From: Candidatus Heimdallarchaeum endolithica
Lineage (GTDB): Archaea; Asgardarchaeota; Heimdallarchaeia; Heimdallarchaeales; Heimdallarchaeaceae
Length of the DNA stretch: 64,000 nt
Reading direction: 5' to 3'
Assembly (NCBI GenBank): GCA_021513715.1
Contig: CP084167.1
Coordinates: 1,600,001-1,664,000, forward strand
The position numbers and the translations under genes were made by a program. Position 1 is the first letter of the stretch. Each line of letters begins with the position of its first letter. Below, piece after piece: positions 17,700 to 28,445 of the stretch. The notes under the pieces were generated by a model. The model saw nothing but the letters and a program-made list of their open reading frames with translations. It ran no database searches and had not been told where the DNA came from.

Positions 17700-18701
17700 A
17701 TGGGTGCAACAAAGAGTAAAAAAAAGAGCACTAAAGAGATTGATATTAAAGATATTTCAATTAAAGTTCAAGAAATAAAAAAAGAAATTGCTAAAGTAAT
17801 TGTAGGACAAGAAAAAGTTATTGATGCTCTAATTACTGCCGTGCTAGCAGATGGACATGTTTTATTAGAAGGGGTCCCTGGAATTGCGAAAACATTAATG
17901 GTAAGAGCCCTTTCTAAAGCTATTTCTTCAGAATTTAAAAGAATTCAATTTACTCCAGATTTAATGCCATCAGATGTTACTGGAGTTATGGCTTATCGTC
18001 CTGAAACAGGTGAATTTTATTTCAAACAAGGACCTGTTTTCACGAATATTTTACTTGCAGATGAAATAAATAGAGCTCCTCCTAAAACTCAAGCTGCAAT
18101 GTTAGAGTCTATGCAAGAAAAACAAGTTTCTGTAGAGAAACATACTTATTCACTTCCAGAACCATTTTTAACCTTTGCTACACAGAATCCACTTGAGCAA
18201 GAAGGAACATATCCTCTTCCAGAAGCTCAAATAGATAGATTTGCCTTTAAGCTTCTAGTCAACTATCCTGATGAAGAGGAAGAAATTCAAATTGTTAATA
18301 GATTCACAGGTGAATATGATTCTTATGATAAATTAGAAGATGTAAAACCTGTACTAAATGCAGAAGAGATAATTGAATTTCAAAAATATATTAGAAAAAA
18401 TATCTCAATTTCTGAAGAATTATCTAAATACATAGTAAGAGTTGTTAGCCTAACCAGAGAAAGTGAAGAAGTTGCAATTGGTGCAAGCCCAAGAGCGAGT
18501 TTATGGTTGACAATCTCTGCAAAGGCTTCTGCTGCTATGGAAGGAAGAAAATTTGTTAAACCAGAGGACATTCAAAAAGTTGCAGTAAATGTTCTCAGAC
18601 ATAGAGTAATAATCAAGCCAGAATATGAATTTGATGGAACTACATCAGAGATGATTATTGATAGAATAATAAAACATACTCCAGCACCTGTGGTAAAATA
18701 A
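17700..18701 (+). CDS. moxR: MoxR-family AAA+ ATPase
   Basis: HVLLEGVPGIAKT, RIQFTPDLMPSD, LADEINRAPPKTQ, ATQNPLEQEGTYPLPEAQIDRF, GASPR. Confidence 0.96.
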   Translation: MGATKSKKKSTKEIDIKDISIKVQEIKKEIAKVIVGQEKVIDALITAVLADGHVLLEGVPGIAKTLMVRALSKAISSEFKRIQFTPDLMPSDVTGVMAYRPETGEFYFKQGPVFTNILLADEINRAPPKTQAAMLESMQEKQVSVEKHTYSLPEPFLTFATQNPLEQEGTYPLPEAQIDRFAFKLLVNYPDEEEEIQIVNRFTGEYDSYDKLEDVKPVLNAEEIIEFQKYIRKNISISEELSKYIVRVVSLTRESEEVAIGASPRASLWLTISAKASAAMEGRKFVKPEDIQKVAVNVLRHRVIIKPEYEFDGTTSEMIIDRIIKHTPAPVVK

Positions 18702-18715
18702 TAAAGGCGATTAAA

Positions 18716-20890
18716 TTGAAATCGATTAAATCGAGAATCTTCCTTTTGATACTAATTATGGAACTTGTACTTATAGGTGCACTAAGTGTGACAAAAGTAA
18801 CATCATCTAATCATCAAAACATTGTTCAAGCAGAAGAAGGAGATTTGACAGTAACAATACGCAGAGAACAATCTTACTATAAAAACAACACAGAATTAAC
18901 CAGAGGATACATTTATTGGGCAGACTTGAAAGGAGGAACTTTGATTCTTTATGGAAATACTTCTTCATCAGAAATGTTCTCTTACGCATTTTGGGATTCT
19001 GTAGGAAACTATTCGAGCGACAGATTAACTTTCTATCCAGATAGAATAGAGATTCAGATTAGGACAACAGAATTATATTACCAGATATATGGTGTTTATC
19101 ACCCAGATTACTTTATCGACACTAATTTCATTGTAATCTTTGATACATTTTGGGCTCAGTTTAGTTATATTACTCCAGAAGGAGAAGAAAGGTATGCTCC
19201 TGTAAATTATTATAATAAACAAGTACTTCCTGAAGGAGCAGGATTAGTAAGCTATGCTCCTACTGATGGAGCTTTAATTGAGAAAGTAGGAGAAGAAACA
19301 TATGCAATTGTATGGGAATACAAAGAAAGGATGATGGATCCATTTCACGAACCCTTCCCTTATGAAATAACTTATTCATTTGATCCCATTTATTTAGCTT
19401 TTACAGAGCAAATGTTTCAGAACCAACAAGAAAGGCAAAAGAATGAAAATGAAAAAAATTTATTAGACATGCTTAAAACCTATTTTAAATTAATCGCATT
19501 TCTTGCAGTTATTCTGAGTATTATTGCTGCAATATTTGGTTATTTGCGAGCTCGACATAAATTCAAATCAAAGTTACAAGAAGCTATTAACCTTCCCAAA
19601 AGAATGTTAAAAGACATCGAGAAGGAAGTTGAACCTTCAAAACGAGTGTCTTCCATGTTTAGTGCTGGGTTCTTTTTGTTATTATTGCTGATGCCAATTA
19701 TCACTTCATCGTCTCCGGAGATACAGACAGTTGAACCGTCATTGATAAGTAATAGCACTCAAATTGGCTTATCTGGTTTTAATTCTTCACTTAAACAAGA
19801 AGATCGAGATATCCAGTATAATGCTATCATTGATTTAGGAAAAACAGGAATATCGTTTGAAACAGTAATAATGGAACTTCCTTATACAGTGGAAAATTTC
19901 AGCATCTGGGTAAACACTGAAAATGTAATAGAATTTAATGCTTACGACAGTTCTGGTTTACCCATGTCATACCAAGAATTTTCTGATCATTATTTGATAC
20001 ACAATATAAAAGGATACATTAGATATGAGATTATACAACCTTATCAATATTATAATAATAGCAACATTTTAGTGTATATAGATTACTTTTGGCTTAATTT
20101 CTTTGATTATGATATAGGTAATTATTCCAAAGCAGATATTCAATATACCCTTATTCTCCCTGAAGATTCTATATTATATAGTGCTTCTCCAGAAACAATT
20201 CTCACTCTTGGAAAAACACCAGAAGGAAGAAGAAAAGTTACTTTTACAGATTATAATCGCCAAATTGACCCTTATCACGATCTATTTTCATGTCAAGTCA
20301 CGTATTCGTTTATTGATGTTTTAGACGCCATAGAAAATGAATCAGCCCGTTTTGAACACTTCAGAGTAGAAACAAAACTCACTCAAGAGCAAATAAATAC
20401 TCTTACAAAAAACATAATGTTTCTTGCTTTAATAGCTATAGTTGCACCCATACTTGCTTTCTTACTCTCATACTATATAATGAGAAATCGAATGATGAAA
20501 AAAATAAAAGAAGAAGAGCAAAAACATGAACTTCTAATTTCAGTAGAAGAATTACAAATTAAAGCTCTTAATGAAAGTGCAAAAATTGATTTGAATAATG
20601 ACCCATGGAAACCGATGTTAGGAGGATACTGGGAATTATTAGCTTATCTTAGTAGATATACTCCTGTAAACTTGTTGTCTTTAGATGATTCCATGCATGA
20701 AAAAATTCTCTCAAAGTATATTCCTAAGCACTTACGTCAAGAAATTTTTGAACTATTATCCACAGGACGAGCGATTTCTTCATCAATAAAAAAAGCAGAA
20801 ACAATTTATTTCACAAAAAGTCAAGCTAGAGATTATTTAGAAGCCATCATGAAAGCAATTGAAAAAATGGAAAAAGAAAGGAAAGGATAA
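18716..20890 (+). CDS. Membrane protein with two duplicated extracytoplasmic domain-coiled-coil-TM modules
   Basis: Signal-like N-terminus; repeats VLPEGAGLVSYAP...MDPFHEPFPYEITYSF and ILPEDSILYSASP...IDPYHDLFSCQVTYSF, each followed by a TM. Confidence 0.8.
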   Translation: MKSIKSRIFLLILIMELVLIGALSVTKVTSSNHQNIVQAEEGDLTVTIRREQSYYKNNTELTRGYIYWADLKGGTLILYGNTSSSEMFSYAFWDSVGNYSSDRLTFYPDRIEIQIRTTELYYQIYGVYHPDYFIDTNFIVIFDTFWAQFSYITPEGEERYAPVNYYNKQVLPEGAGLVSYAPTDGALIEKVGEETYAIVWEYKERMMDPFHEPFPYEITYSFDPIYLAFTEQMFQNQQERQKNENEKNLLDMLKTYFKLIAFLAVILSIIAAIFGYLRARHKFKSKLQEAINLPKRMLKDIEKEVEPSKRVSSMFSAGFFLLLLLMPIITSSSPEIQTVEPSLISNSTQIGLSGFNSSLKQEDRDIQYNAIIDLGKTGISFETVIMELPYTVENFSIWVNTENVIEFNAYDSSGLPMSYQEFSDHYLIHNIKGYIRYEIIQPYQYYNNSNILVYIDYFWLNFFDYDIGNYSKADIQYTLILPEDSILYSASPETILTLGKTPEGRRKVTFTDYNRQIDPYHDLFSCQVTYSFIDVLDAIENESARFEHFRVETKLTQEQINTLTKNIMFLALIAIVAPILAFLLSYYIMRNRMMKKIKEEEQKHELLISVEELQIKALNESAKIDLNNDPWKPMLGGYWELLAYLSRYTPVNLLSLDDSMHEKILSKYIPKHLRQEIFELLSTGRAISSSIKKAETIYFTKSQARDYLEAIMKAIEKMEKERKG

Positions 20891-20892
20891 AA

Positions 20893-21573
20893 ATGAAACA
20901 AATAACTAAATTCGTTATATTTTCAATATTTGCTAGTTTAATAATATTTCAGTTCAACAATGTTAATGCTAAAGAAACAGTGTTTACTGCCACAGAAATC
21001 ATAGACATAAATGAAACTACTCAGATAACAGTTTCCATGGCTGCCCCACTAACTTGGGAAATAAATACAGGAATCAACATTTCTGTGAGCATAAAACTTT
21101 CTCAAATTGCTCAAAATGACAGTTTATTTATTACTTACATAAAAACAGAATATAATATACCAGGAAAGCAATTTCCTGAAAATCAACAGATTAGTATTAT
21201 TGAGGATAATCTAACATATATTGGTGAAGAATTCAACATTAACCAAACTCGCTATGCTCCTGAGAATACTGACGAATTTAACATCACACTATCAATCCTT
21301 GCTCAAACAGTTAATATGACTAACACAGAAGAGTTTTCCATGGATTTTCCAGGAAAAGGTGAAGATAATATCATTATTAAGAAAAATCTCGTAATTCCTG
21401 TAATTAATCTACCAGGATTTCCCAACATTGAAACGTTTAGTAGATGGATCATTATTTTTATCGTGATTCAACTAATTATTATGTCCCCTGCTATCCTTGT
21501 TTTATATTTCAAGATAAGCAAACAAAAAACCCGGAGCCAACGAAAGAAAAAAAGGAGAGGAGAAAATGAGTAA
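20893..21573 (+). CDS. Secreted/membrane-anchored beta-rich protein
   Basis: Signal peptide ending VNA, many N-x-S/T sequons, C-terminal TM and basic tail. Confidence 0.78.
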   Translation: MKQITKFVIFSIFASLIIFQFNNVNAKETVFTATEIIDINETTQITVSMAAPLTWEINTGINISVSIKLSQIAQNDSLFITYIKTEYNIPGKQFPENQQISIIEDNLTYIGEEFNINQTRYAPENTDEFNITLSILAQTVNMTNTEEFSMDFPGKGEDNIIIKKNLVIPVINLPGFPNIETFSRWIIIFIVIQLIIMSPAILVLYFKISKQKTRSQRKKKRRGENE

Positions 21574-23164
21574 GACTGAAACCAAACAACAAAGTCCCTT
21601 AGAAAGAGGAGTAAGGAAAATAGATGTTCTAATGCGTTCATTTGGAATGCGTACCAGAATGTTCAAAGGAAAGACACGAGGAATAGTAAAAGGAACAAGA
21701 AAAGTTTACCCACACGAAGTTAATGCAACAATTGTAGAAACTGCGAGAGGAGTGGGTATCAAGATAAAAATGGAAAAATTGTGGTATTCATTTCTAAAAG
21801 GAATTCCTTTTCTATTTCTAATAATACTTTCTCTAATTCAATTAATTACACCGAAAATCGGAGATAATATGGCAGAAAATGTCGGTTTTAATTTGTTTGC
21901 ACTTTTTCTTGGAACAGAAACTAAATCTATTGGATTGTTGATTACACTTTTTATTATTGGAGGAATTTTTATTGTTAGTGAAATAATAGAGAGGACAATT
22001 AGGTTAAGATATCTCCAAGACAGAATGCCTAGATTTTTGAGTGGAGCTGAATGGACAACTGCTGATTCTCCATTACTATTAGATATCATAAGCTCCACCA
22101 ACAATATTTTGTGGATAGCATATCTTATATTAGTAATAGTTTTTGCACCGTTTTCTTTTTCATCAGAAATAATTGAAAAATTTGTTACAGTATACCAAAC
22201 TAGTTTAGCTAATTTACTGGAAGGTACAATGTTTGTTTCACTATTAGATGTGTCCATAATATCAAGTATGTTATTTACTATATTGTTGCTAAATTATAAA
22301 TCATTTAGGGAAGAGATAGATTCAAAACAAAGGGCAAGTAGAGTAAAAGTAGATTACACTACAACACAACTTTTAGAAGTTGTCTTTGGTTCAATTACAC
22401 TTATCACATTTGAAATAGTTCTATTTTCATTTATGTTTTGGACTGATCTTACATTAATCCAAATTATAATGACTTATTGTGTTACTGTATCTTCTAGCAT
22501 TCTAAGTGTATGGCTTTATTGGCAAAAAGAGAACTATATTTTCATATTTCTTGAGATATGGCTTTTCTTAAGCATAGTAGTCATGGTTTTCAGTAATGCA
22601 AACAACCCTAAATTTTCCTGGATGATAATTTGCCATCTTTTCCTAATTCTGACAGTTTTAGGCTTGTATTTTAATCAATTTATTAAATCTTATTTAGAAG
22701 AAAAAGGTATATATGAACCTAGTTGGATGTTTAATTCTTTCCCTATCTTTGCGATTATTGAAGTTCTTAAAAAAGCAAAAGTAAGAACTACAAAAGGAGT
22801 AGAAAAAGAATTAGAAGAGATAAGAACAGAAGAATTAACAGAAAAAATAAAAGAACGTTCACCTCTTATTATTCCTCTTGAAAAAATAACTAATAAAGGA
22901 AAAGATGCAAAAAAGATAATCAATACATATCAAAAAATTATCGACCACATAACAAAGAAAGATGTAAACATTATTACTTTATCTGTAATCAATGAAGAAA
23001 TTTTAGCGCTAATACAAGATGAGGAAAAACTAAGGAAAAAAGTACAAAACTTATTCCAAATTATTGATCATCTTCTTTGGGACGAAAACTATATCCTGAA
23101 AGATGGAAGCAAATATATTGAGATAGCAGAACAACTCTACAGCGCAATCTTGAAGGCAAGGTGA
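21566..23164 (+). CDS. Multi-pass membrane protein with a C-terminal helical (DUF4129-like) domain
   Basis: About 8 hydrophobic segments; overlaps the upstream gene by 8 bp. Confidence 0.78.
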   Translation: MSKTETKQQSPLERGVRKIDVLMRSFGMRTRMFKGKTRGIVKGTRKVYPHEVNATIVETARGVGIKIKMEKLWYSFLKGIPFLFLIILSLIQLITPKIGDNMAENVGFNLFALFLGTETKSIGLLITLFIIGGIFIVSEIIERTIRLRYLQDRMPRFLSGAEWTTADSPLLLDIISSTNNILWIAYLILVIVFAPFSFSSEIIEKFVTVYQTSLANLLEGTMFVSLLDVSIISSMLFTILLLNYKSFREEIDSKQRASRVKVDYTTTQLLEVVFGSITLITFEIVLFSFMFWTDLTLIQIIMTYCVTVSSSILSVWLYWQKENYIFIFLEIWLFLSIVVMVFSNANNPKFSWMIICHLFLILTVLGLYFNQFIKSYLEEKGIYEPSWMFNSFPIFAIIEVLKKAKVRTTKGVEKELEEIRTEELTEKIKERSPLIIPLEKITNKGKDAKKIINTYQKIIDHITKKDVNIITLSVINEEILALIQDEEKLRKKVQNLFQIIDHLLWDENYILKDGSKYIEIAEQLYSAILKAR

Positions 23165-23168
23165 TTTA

Positions 23169-24110
23169 ATGTCTAATCCATCCAAAGAAGGAGAGAAAAC
23201 GTTACCAAAAGATAAAATGAGGATTCCCATAAAAAAACTGAAAAAACTAGAAATTTTAGCAAAAGAACGTTCAACAAGTTTTCTACAAGGGCATCGAAGA
23301 TCGATTTTTAGAGGACCAGGAACAGAATATGCAGATTTAAGAGAATATGTTGAGGGGGATGACCTCAGATTTGTCGATTGGAATGCATCGTCACGTATTC
23401 CTTTTAAACTAATTGTAAGAGATTATGAACAAGAGAGAAATACAAACGTAGTATTGATGCTTGATATCAGTCATTCGATGTTACTAGGTGATCCAGTACC
23501 AAGAATCAAACTTGCAGTTGAAGCAAGTGCTACATTAGCTTATACAGTACTAATAAATCGAGATTTATTTGGTTGGGCTAGTTTCTCAGATAAACTACAT
23601 AATTATATTCCCCCCCGTGGTGGAAAGTTGCATTTTTACCATATAATTCATGAAATGCTTAAGATTGCTCCACATGGTAAAACTAATATCGGTGACGCTA
23701 TTCGTGAAGTGGCTTTATCTTTAAAGAGAAGATCAATAATTATTTTGCTCACTGACCTACATGGAAATTTAGAAAGTGCCATGAATGGTTTTAAAGTTGC
23801 AAAATTAAAGAAACATGAGATTAAAGTGATTCATACTGTTGATCCAGAGGAATTTCTTTTTCCAAAGAACCCTAGACAAGTAAAATACCTTGACCCTGAA
23901 ACAAATCAAATGAAAGTAGTTAACTTTAGTAATTTACTTGAGAGAGGAAAATATAATTATGAAATTGGTTTAAAAATCAAGGAGATTAATAATTTTAAGA
24001 GAAATGTAAGAGGATTAAACATTGATGTAGTTACTGCATCAACAACAATGTTAACTGAGAGATTATTGTTGACATACTTTGGATCAAAAAGAGGGAGGGC
24101 ATTAAAATGA
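23169..24110 (+). CDS. DUF58 / vWA-domain MoxR partner
   Basis: GHRRSIFRGPGTEYADLREYVEGDDLRFVDWNASSR; MIDAS-like DISHS. Confidence 0.93.
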   Translation: MSNPSKEGEKTLPKDKMRIPIKKLKKLEILAKERSTSFLQGHRRSIFRGPGTEYADLREYVEGDDLRFVDWNASSRIPFKLIVRDYEQERNTNVVLMLDISHSMLLGDPVPRIKLAVEASATLAYTVLINRDLFGWASFSDKLHNYIPPRGGKLHFYHIIHEMLKIAPHGKTNIGDAIREVALSLKRRSIIILLTDLHGNLESAMNGFKVAKLKKHEIKVIHTVDPEEFLFPKNPRQVKYLDPETNQMKVVNFSNLLERGKYNYEIGLKIKEINNFKRNVRGLNIDVVTASTTMLTERLLLTYFGSKRGRALK

Positions 24111-25978
24111 GAAAAAACTTAATATCAGTTTCTTTAATGTATCTCGTTATAATAAGCACATTTAGCTTTGTTATAACTTCTGATTTCAAAATCGTTTCTG
24201 CTGGGAGTAGCAGCTCTGGAGACATTCCTCCTCCAAGTGGTCAAGGAGGAGAGGATACTAGCGCCGGAGGTGCTGCAGGAGGCTTATATCTCAATTATCG
24301 TATTCCATTAATATTTAAGAAAGGAGATTTTGCACCAACATTTATTGCAATTACGGCCTTACCAATATTTCAAAATGAAACTATAGTAATTTTTGGCTAT
24401 AACTCTTCATTATATAAGAATAATCAAGCTATTATCAAAGGAAACGAAACGCTTATCATTGATCCTCGGGATGAACCAGAATTAACAAATGGTTCATTGA
24501 TACAATCTTTTTCTCCATTACAGATAACTGTTTTTCATCCAAATACAAATAATAAAAGCGATAATTCATTTTCTTATTCAGTATTAGTTATGCAAAATTG
24601 GGGAAAGAAGTATCTTTCTTCTTTTTCAGATATGAGAGCGATCATAGTTTCAGGGTTTAACAGCACAAAACTAACTATTAATAATAATGGAATAATACAA
24701 TATGAAACCATTGATCTGATTGGACAAATACTAGATATTTCTGTTTCTAAAGGAACCATTATAGAAGCGAATGGACCAATAGGAGTGGTTTTTTACTCGT
24801 TAACAGAGAGCCAAGGTTCTTTCGCTTATACAGGAGTCCCATATTACATGTGGGGAAAAGAGTATTTTTCACTCCCTCCACCAAGAGAAACACATGATTC
24901 CTTAATTGAAGATAACTCAACATTAGTTCTTGGAAATATAAACGAAGGAGGAACTGTGATTTTTGAAACCTCTGAAGAAGAGTCTGACATTTTAAATTTA
25001 GAAGTGAATCAAACAATTACATTAGAAAAACAAAATTTGGACACAAATGATTATTATACGCGTTTTCTTTCTGCTGCTGTAAACTATTCTGTCACTACAC
25101 TGTATTCTCATACTATAAACGGGACTATACACAAATCAGCATTCCAATATATTGCCACGGAAAAGATGAAATGGGCAGAATGGTTTTATAATAACAAGAT
25201 ATCAGACAACCTAAAAATCTCTTCTGTTTCTTTGGATGATTCAAACATCATTCTTCCAATAGTATTATTTGAAGGGCAATTGTTGATTGATCTCGAAAAT
25301 TATTCTTCTGTTGATAGGGGAGATTATTATTCATATAAACAAGGAACAAGCTATGGTGTCATTTCAGCTAATGGTTCTTTGTTTGTTTCACAGATTGTAT
25401 CAGATGAAGAAAAATTATTAGAAAATAGTCTTTCTCATTTACTTTTTCCAATGAATCTTTACTCTTTTGTTGATAACACAAGTTCCTCTTTTCCGAGTTG
25501 GTATCATTTTCCAAATATAAATGTAAAAGAAGTAAATGTCTATCCTGAAAAGCCAACAGAATTAAGAAAAATTAAACTTGAAATTGTTATTCAAAATAAT
25601 GGTACCATTCCCTCTGCTCCATTTTGGGTTAGCATATTTAGAAACAATACTGTAAAGATTCACAAAAAAATAGAAGGATTAGACATTAATGAAACTTTTA
25701 GTATTCCTTTTGAGGAATTTCAAGGATTCGGACTTAAAACATTAAATATATCTATCTACACGGACTCTTTAAGTCAAATATTTGAATTAATAGAATTTGA
25801 TAATGCATATGAACTTATGATTAAAATTAATCGTAATTGGAATATAATCTATGTTGGAATTGCAGTTTCTGTATTAGTAATAGGTTATCTTTCTTATTTT
25901 GTAATAAGAAAATTTGTTGCCAAATATAAGGAAAACAAGAGAAAATTCGATATTATTCTAAGTGAAGTAGAGGTCTAG
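24107..25978 (+). CDS. Cell-surface protein with IgGFc-binding-like region, CARDB domain and C-terminal TM
   Basis: Signal peptide, G/S/P linker, WGKKY and WGKEY repeats, IEANGPIGV, CARDB-like IQNNGT...E..EFDN, TM anchor. Confidence 0.72.
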   Translation: MRKNLISVSLMYLVIISTFSFVITSDFKIVSAGSSSSGDIPPPSGQGGEDTSAGGAAGGLYLNYRIPLIFKKGDFAPTFIAITALPIFQNETIVIFGYNSSLYKNNQAIIKGNETLIIDPRDEPELTNGSLIQSFSPLQITVFHPNTNNKSDNSFSYSVLVMQNWGKKYLSSFSDMRAIIVSGFNSTKLTINNNGIIQYETIDLIGQILDISVSKGTIIEANGPIGVVFYSLTESQGSFAYTGVPYYMWGKEYFSLPPPRETHDSLIEDNSTLVLGNINEGGTVIFETSEEESDILNLEVNQTITLEKQNLDTNDYYTRFLSAAVNYSVTTLYSHTINGTIHKSAFQYIATEKMKWAEWFYNNKISDNLKISSVSLDDSNIILPIVLFEGQLLIDLENYSSVDRGDYYSYKQGTSYGVISANGSLFVSQIVSDEEKLLENSLSHLLFPMNLYSFVDNTSSSFPSWYHFPNINVKEVNVYPEKPTELRKIKLEIVIQNNGTIPSAPFWVSIFRNNTVKIHKKIEGLDINETFSIPFEEFQGFGLKTLNISIYTDSLSQIFELIEFDNAYELMIKINRNWNIIYVGIAVSVLVIGYLSYFVIRKFVAKYKENKRKFDIILSEVEV

Positions 25979-25981
25979 TAA

Positions 25982-28366
25982 ATGAGCGAAACAGATGTAA
26001 AGCAAAAAGAAGAAGTAGAAGAAGTAGAGGAAGTAGAGGAATCATTCACTAAATTTAGTGTTATTCTTGGACGAGATCTAATCTTCTTAGATTGGACAGT
26101 AAATTTTGGTGGACAAATCTTAGGTTTAGTAGTTGGTTTATTATTAGGAGTAATTTTTGGAGCCAAGATGGGGACACTCTTTAACATAGATGTTCCTGTT
26201 GACATTAGTGCATATATTGCCCTACAAGTTGGAATACTTCTTAGTATCACTAGTTTAACAATTTATTATTTATCAAAGCTCGGCATTAAGGTTAACAGTC
26301 CAAAATCAATTGCAAGTAAGAAACTTCTTCTTCTAAAAACAATAATGTTTGCTTTTTCAGCTATCTTTGCTTTAAGTTATTTATTTAATAGTCATATTTT
26401 CCCATTTATATATGCAAATTATAGCTCTATAAAACCCCCAGAACCAGGACAAACAGGAACTGGAGATGGAGGTGAAGGAAATACAGTAGATATCCCTACA
26501 ACTAACCATTATATTGTTCTTATTGCATTGATCGTTCTTGTTGCAGCTTCATACGCTTTACTTTATGCAGGATTGTTTTACTCTTTTAACAAAAAAGCCA
26601 ACACGATGACAGGAGTTGCAATAATGGTTAGCACTATAATGGCAGCACTTACATTACTAAGCCAAAATCAAAGCGTCCAAAAACTAATTGATGGAGAAAT
26701 AATGGCTTTTCTTACAGATTTTGCATATTTCTTCTTAGTAGCTTTAATAGCCATTCTTTCATATCACATGTGTAAGAGAATAGAATTATCCTTAATTATA
26801 ATGTATATAGGTTTCATTTTTGGTTTTGGTGCCCCTTCAAATGCTGTTTCACAGATCATCGCTTTAAAATGGGGTTTTCCAAACTTTTCTGATGGAATTA
26901 ATTCTACTTCAGATGTTATTACAAGGACTCTTGAACTTATAGAGTATGTAAGTTTATTTGGAATTGTTGTTTACCCACTTATTTTTTACAAGGATACAAT
27001 ATCAGCATTAAAAGAATTGAAGAAGATGTATAGATTACCTTTCCTATTAATTAAATTTTTAGGGTTAATAATAATCACACCATTTAAGATAATATTCAAA
27101 CCAAAAATTTTAGTTCATTTTTATAATGGAGTTAAACAAATAGTAATTGATGAAGAAAAAAGAAATATCTCTTTCAAAAAATTAAAAACGAAATTAAGCG
27201 AGGAATTTAAGGCCATTACTTCCTCAGAAGGTTTTTCTGTCACTTTGTTTGCTGCTGTGCTTATCTTAATTGAAGTGACAATACTCTTTTTAGCGAATCT
27301 ACTGGGAATTTTCCTTTATTTCATCGCTTTTCTCATTTTAATAGGTATTGTAAATAGTATTATTACTTCAAAATACGGAGCTGCAAGTTATACAGCAATG
27401 TTTTCTGCATTAACAGAATCTTCTTTGAGTGTATCTCCTTTAGTTCCTGACATTAACGTACAAATTAAATTCTTAGAATATAAGAAAAAACAATTAGAAA
27501 AAACAAAAATTTCAGTTGGTACTTTAATTCCTGTATTTGCTTACTACATAATTGCTTACATTACTACAGCAATAACTAAAGATACGTCTCTATTGACAAT
27601 ACTTTTCTTAATGATACTTGTTCCTATCAGTCTTGCTTTAGCTTCTTTTTCAATAAGCTTCTTCTATGTTAAAAAACCACTAATTAAAGAGATTTACACC
27701 TATCCACTTCGATTTTTCTATTTTTTGGGATTGATAGTATACTTTTCGATTTCTGTTTATCGCTTAATATACAACCAAATTGGTCTTTTTCCAGCTTTTT
27801 CGCTTCTCTATCTTGTTTTAATCTATATCACTTTCTCAAAGAGATCTAAACTTTCTGAACTTATTTTATTTCTAGGAACAGAGAAAAGAGATAGAGCATT
27901 TAATGAACTTATATGTAAAAAAAATCTCAATATTGATGTTTTATTGCAAAATTTAGATGATACACCATCATATCTCAGCTTTTGGATAAGTGCAATTCTA
28001 ATTAAGAGAAACAAAAAAGAGGTTATTACTTACTTAAAAGATCTACTCAAACAAGACTATAAATATCAAAGAGTAATAGGAGCATTGTCTTTACTTTATT
28101 TAAACGAATATGATTTTTTAGAAGAACTTGTTAATTTACTAGAAAACGACCCCGACCCCTACTTACGAGAAGCAATAGCTTACGGATTAAGATATTGTAA
28201 AGATATGAAAATAGATATTTACAAGAGAATTATTGACGCACAACATTACGAAGATAATTCAAAAGTTTTAGTAAGGCTCAAGGAAACAATCTCCATCTTA
28301 GATAGATACTTTGCAAACAAAGAACGAAAAGAAGAAGAAATGGAAGAACTCGTAGAAGTAATATAA
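25982..28366 (+). CDS. Large polytopic membrane protein with C-terminal HEAT repeats
   Basis: More than 12 hydrophobic segments; C-terminal LENDPDPYLREAIAYGL HEAT-like unit. Confidence 0.78.
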   Translation: MSETDVKQKEEVEEVEEVEESFTKFSVILGRDLIFLDWTVNFGGQILGLVVGLLLGVIFGAKMGTLFNIDVPVDISAYIALQVGILLSITSLTIYYLSKLGIKVNSPKSIASKKLLLLKTIMFAFSAIFALSYLFNSHIFPFIYANYSSIKPPEPGQTGTGDGGEGNTVDIPTTNHYIVLIALIVLVAASYALLYAGLFYSFNKKANTMTGVAIMVSTIMAALTLLSQNQSVQKLIDGEIMAFLTDFAYFFLVALIAILSYHMCKRIELSLIIMYIGFIFGFGAPSNAVSQIIALKWGFPNFSDGINSTSDVITRTLELIEYVSLFGIVVYPLIFYKDTISALKELKKMYRLPFLLIKFLGLIIITPFKIIFKPKILVHFYNGVKQIVIDEEKRNISFKKLKTKLSEEFKAITSSEGFSVTLFAAVLILIEVTILFLANLLGIFLYFIAFLILIGIVNSIITSKYGAASYTAMFSALTESSLSVSPLVPDINVQIKFLEYKKKQLEKTKISVGTLIPVFAYYIIAYITTAITKDTSLLTILFLMILVPISLALASFSISFFYVKKPLIKEIYTYPLRFFYFLGLIVYFSISVYRLIYNQIGLFPAFSLLYLVLIYITFSKRSKLSELILFLGTEKRDRAFNELICKKNLNIDVLLQNLDDTPSYLSFWISAILIKRNKKEVITYLKDLLKQDYKYQRVIGALSLLYLNEYDFLEELVNLLENDPDPYLREAIAYGLRYCKDMKIDIYKRIIDAQHYEDNSKVLVRLKETISILDRYFANKERKEEEMEELVEVI

Positions 28367-28445
28367 TAAAAAAAAATCTTATCACGAATATCTATCTGAT
28401 TACTGAGGCGAAAGATTTTATAAATTAAATGTCTTTATTTTTTTT

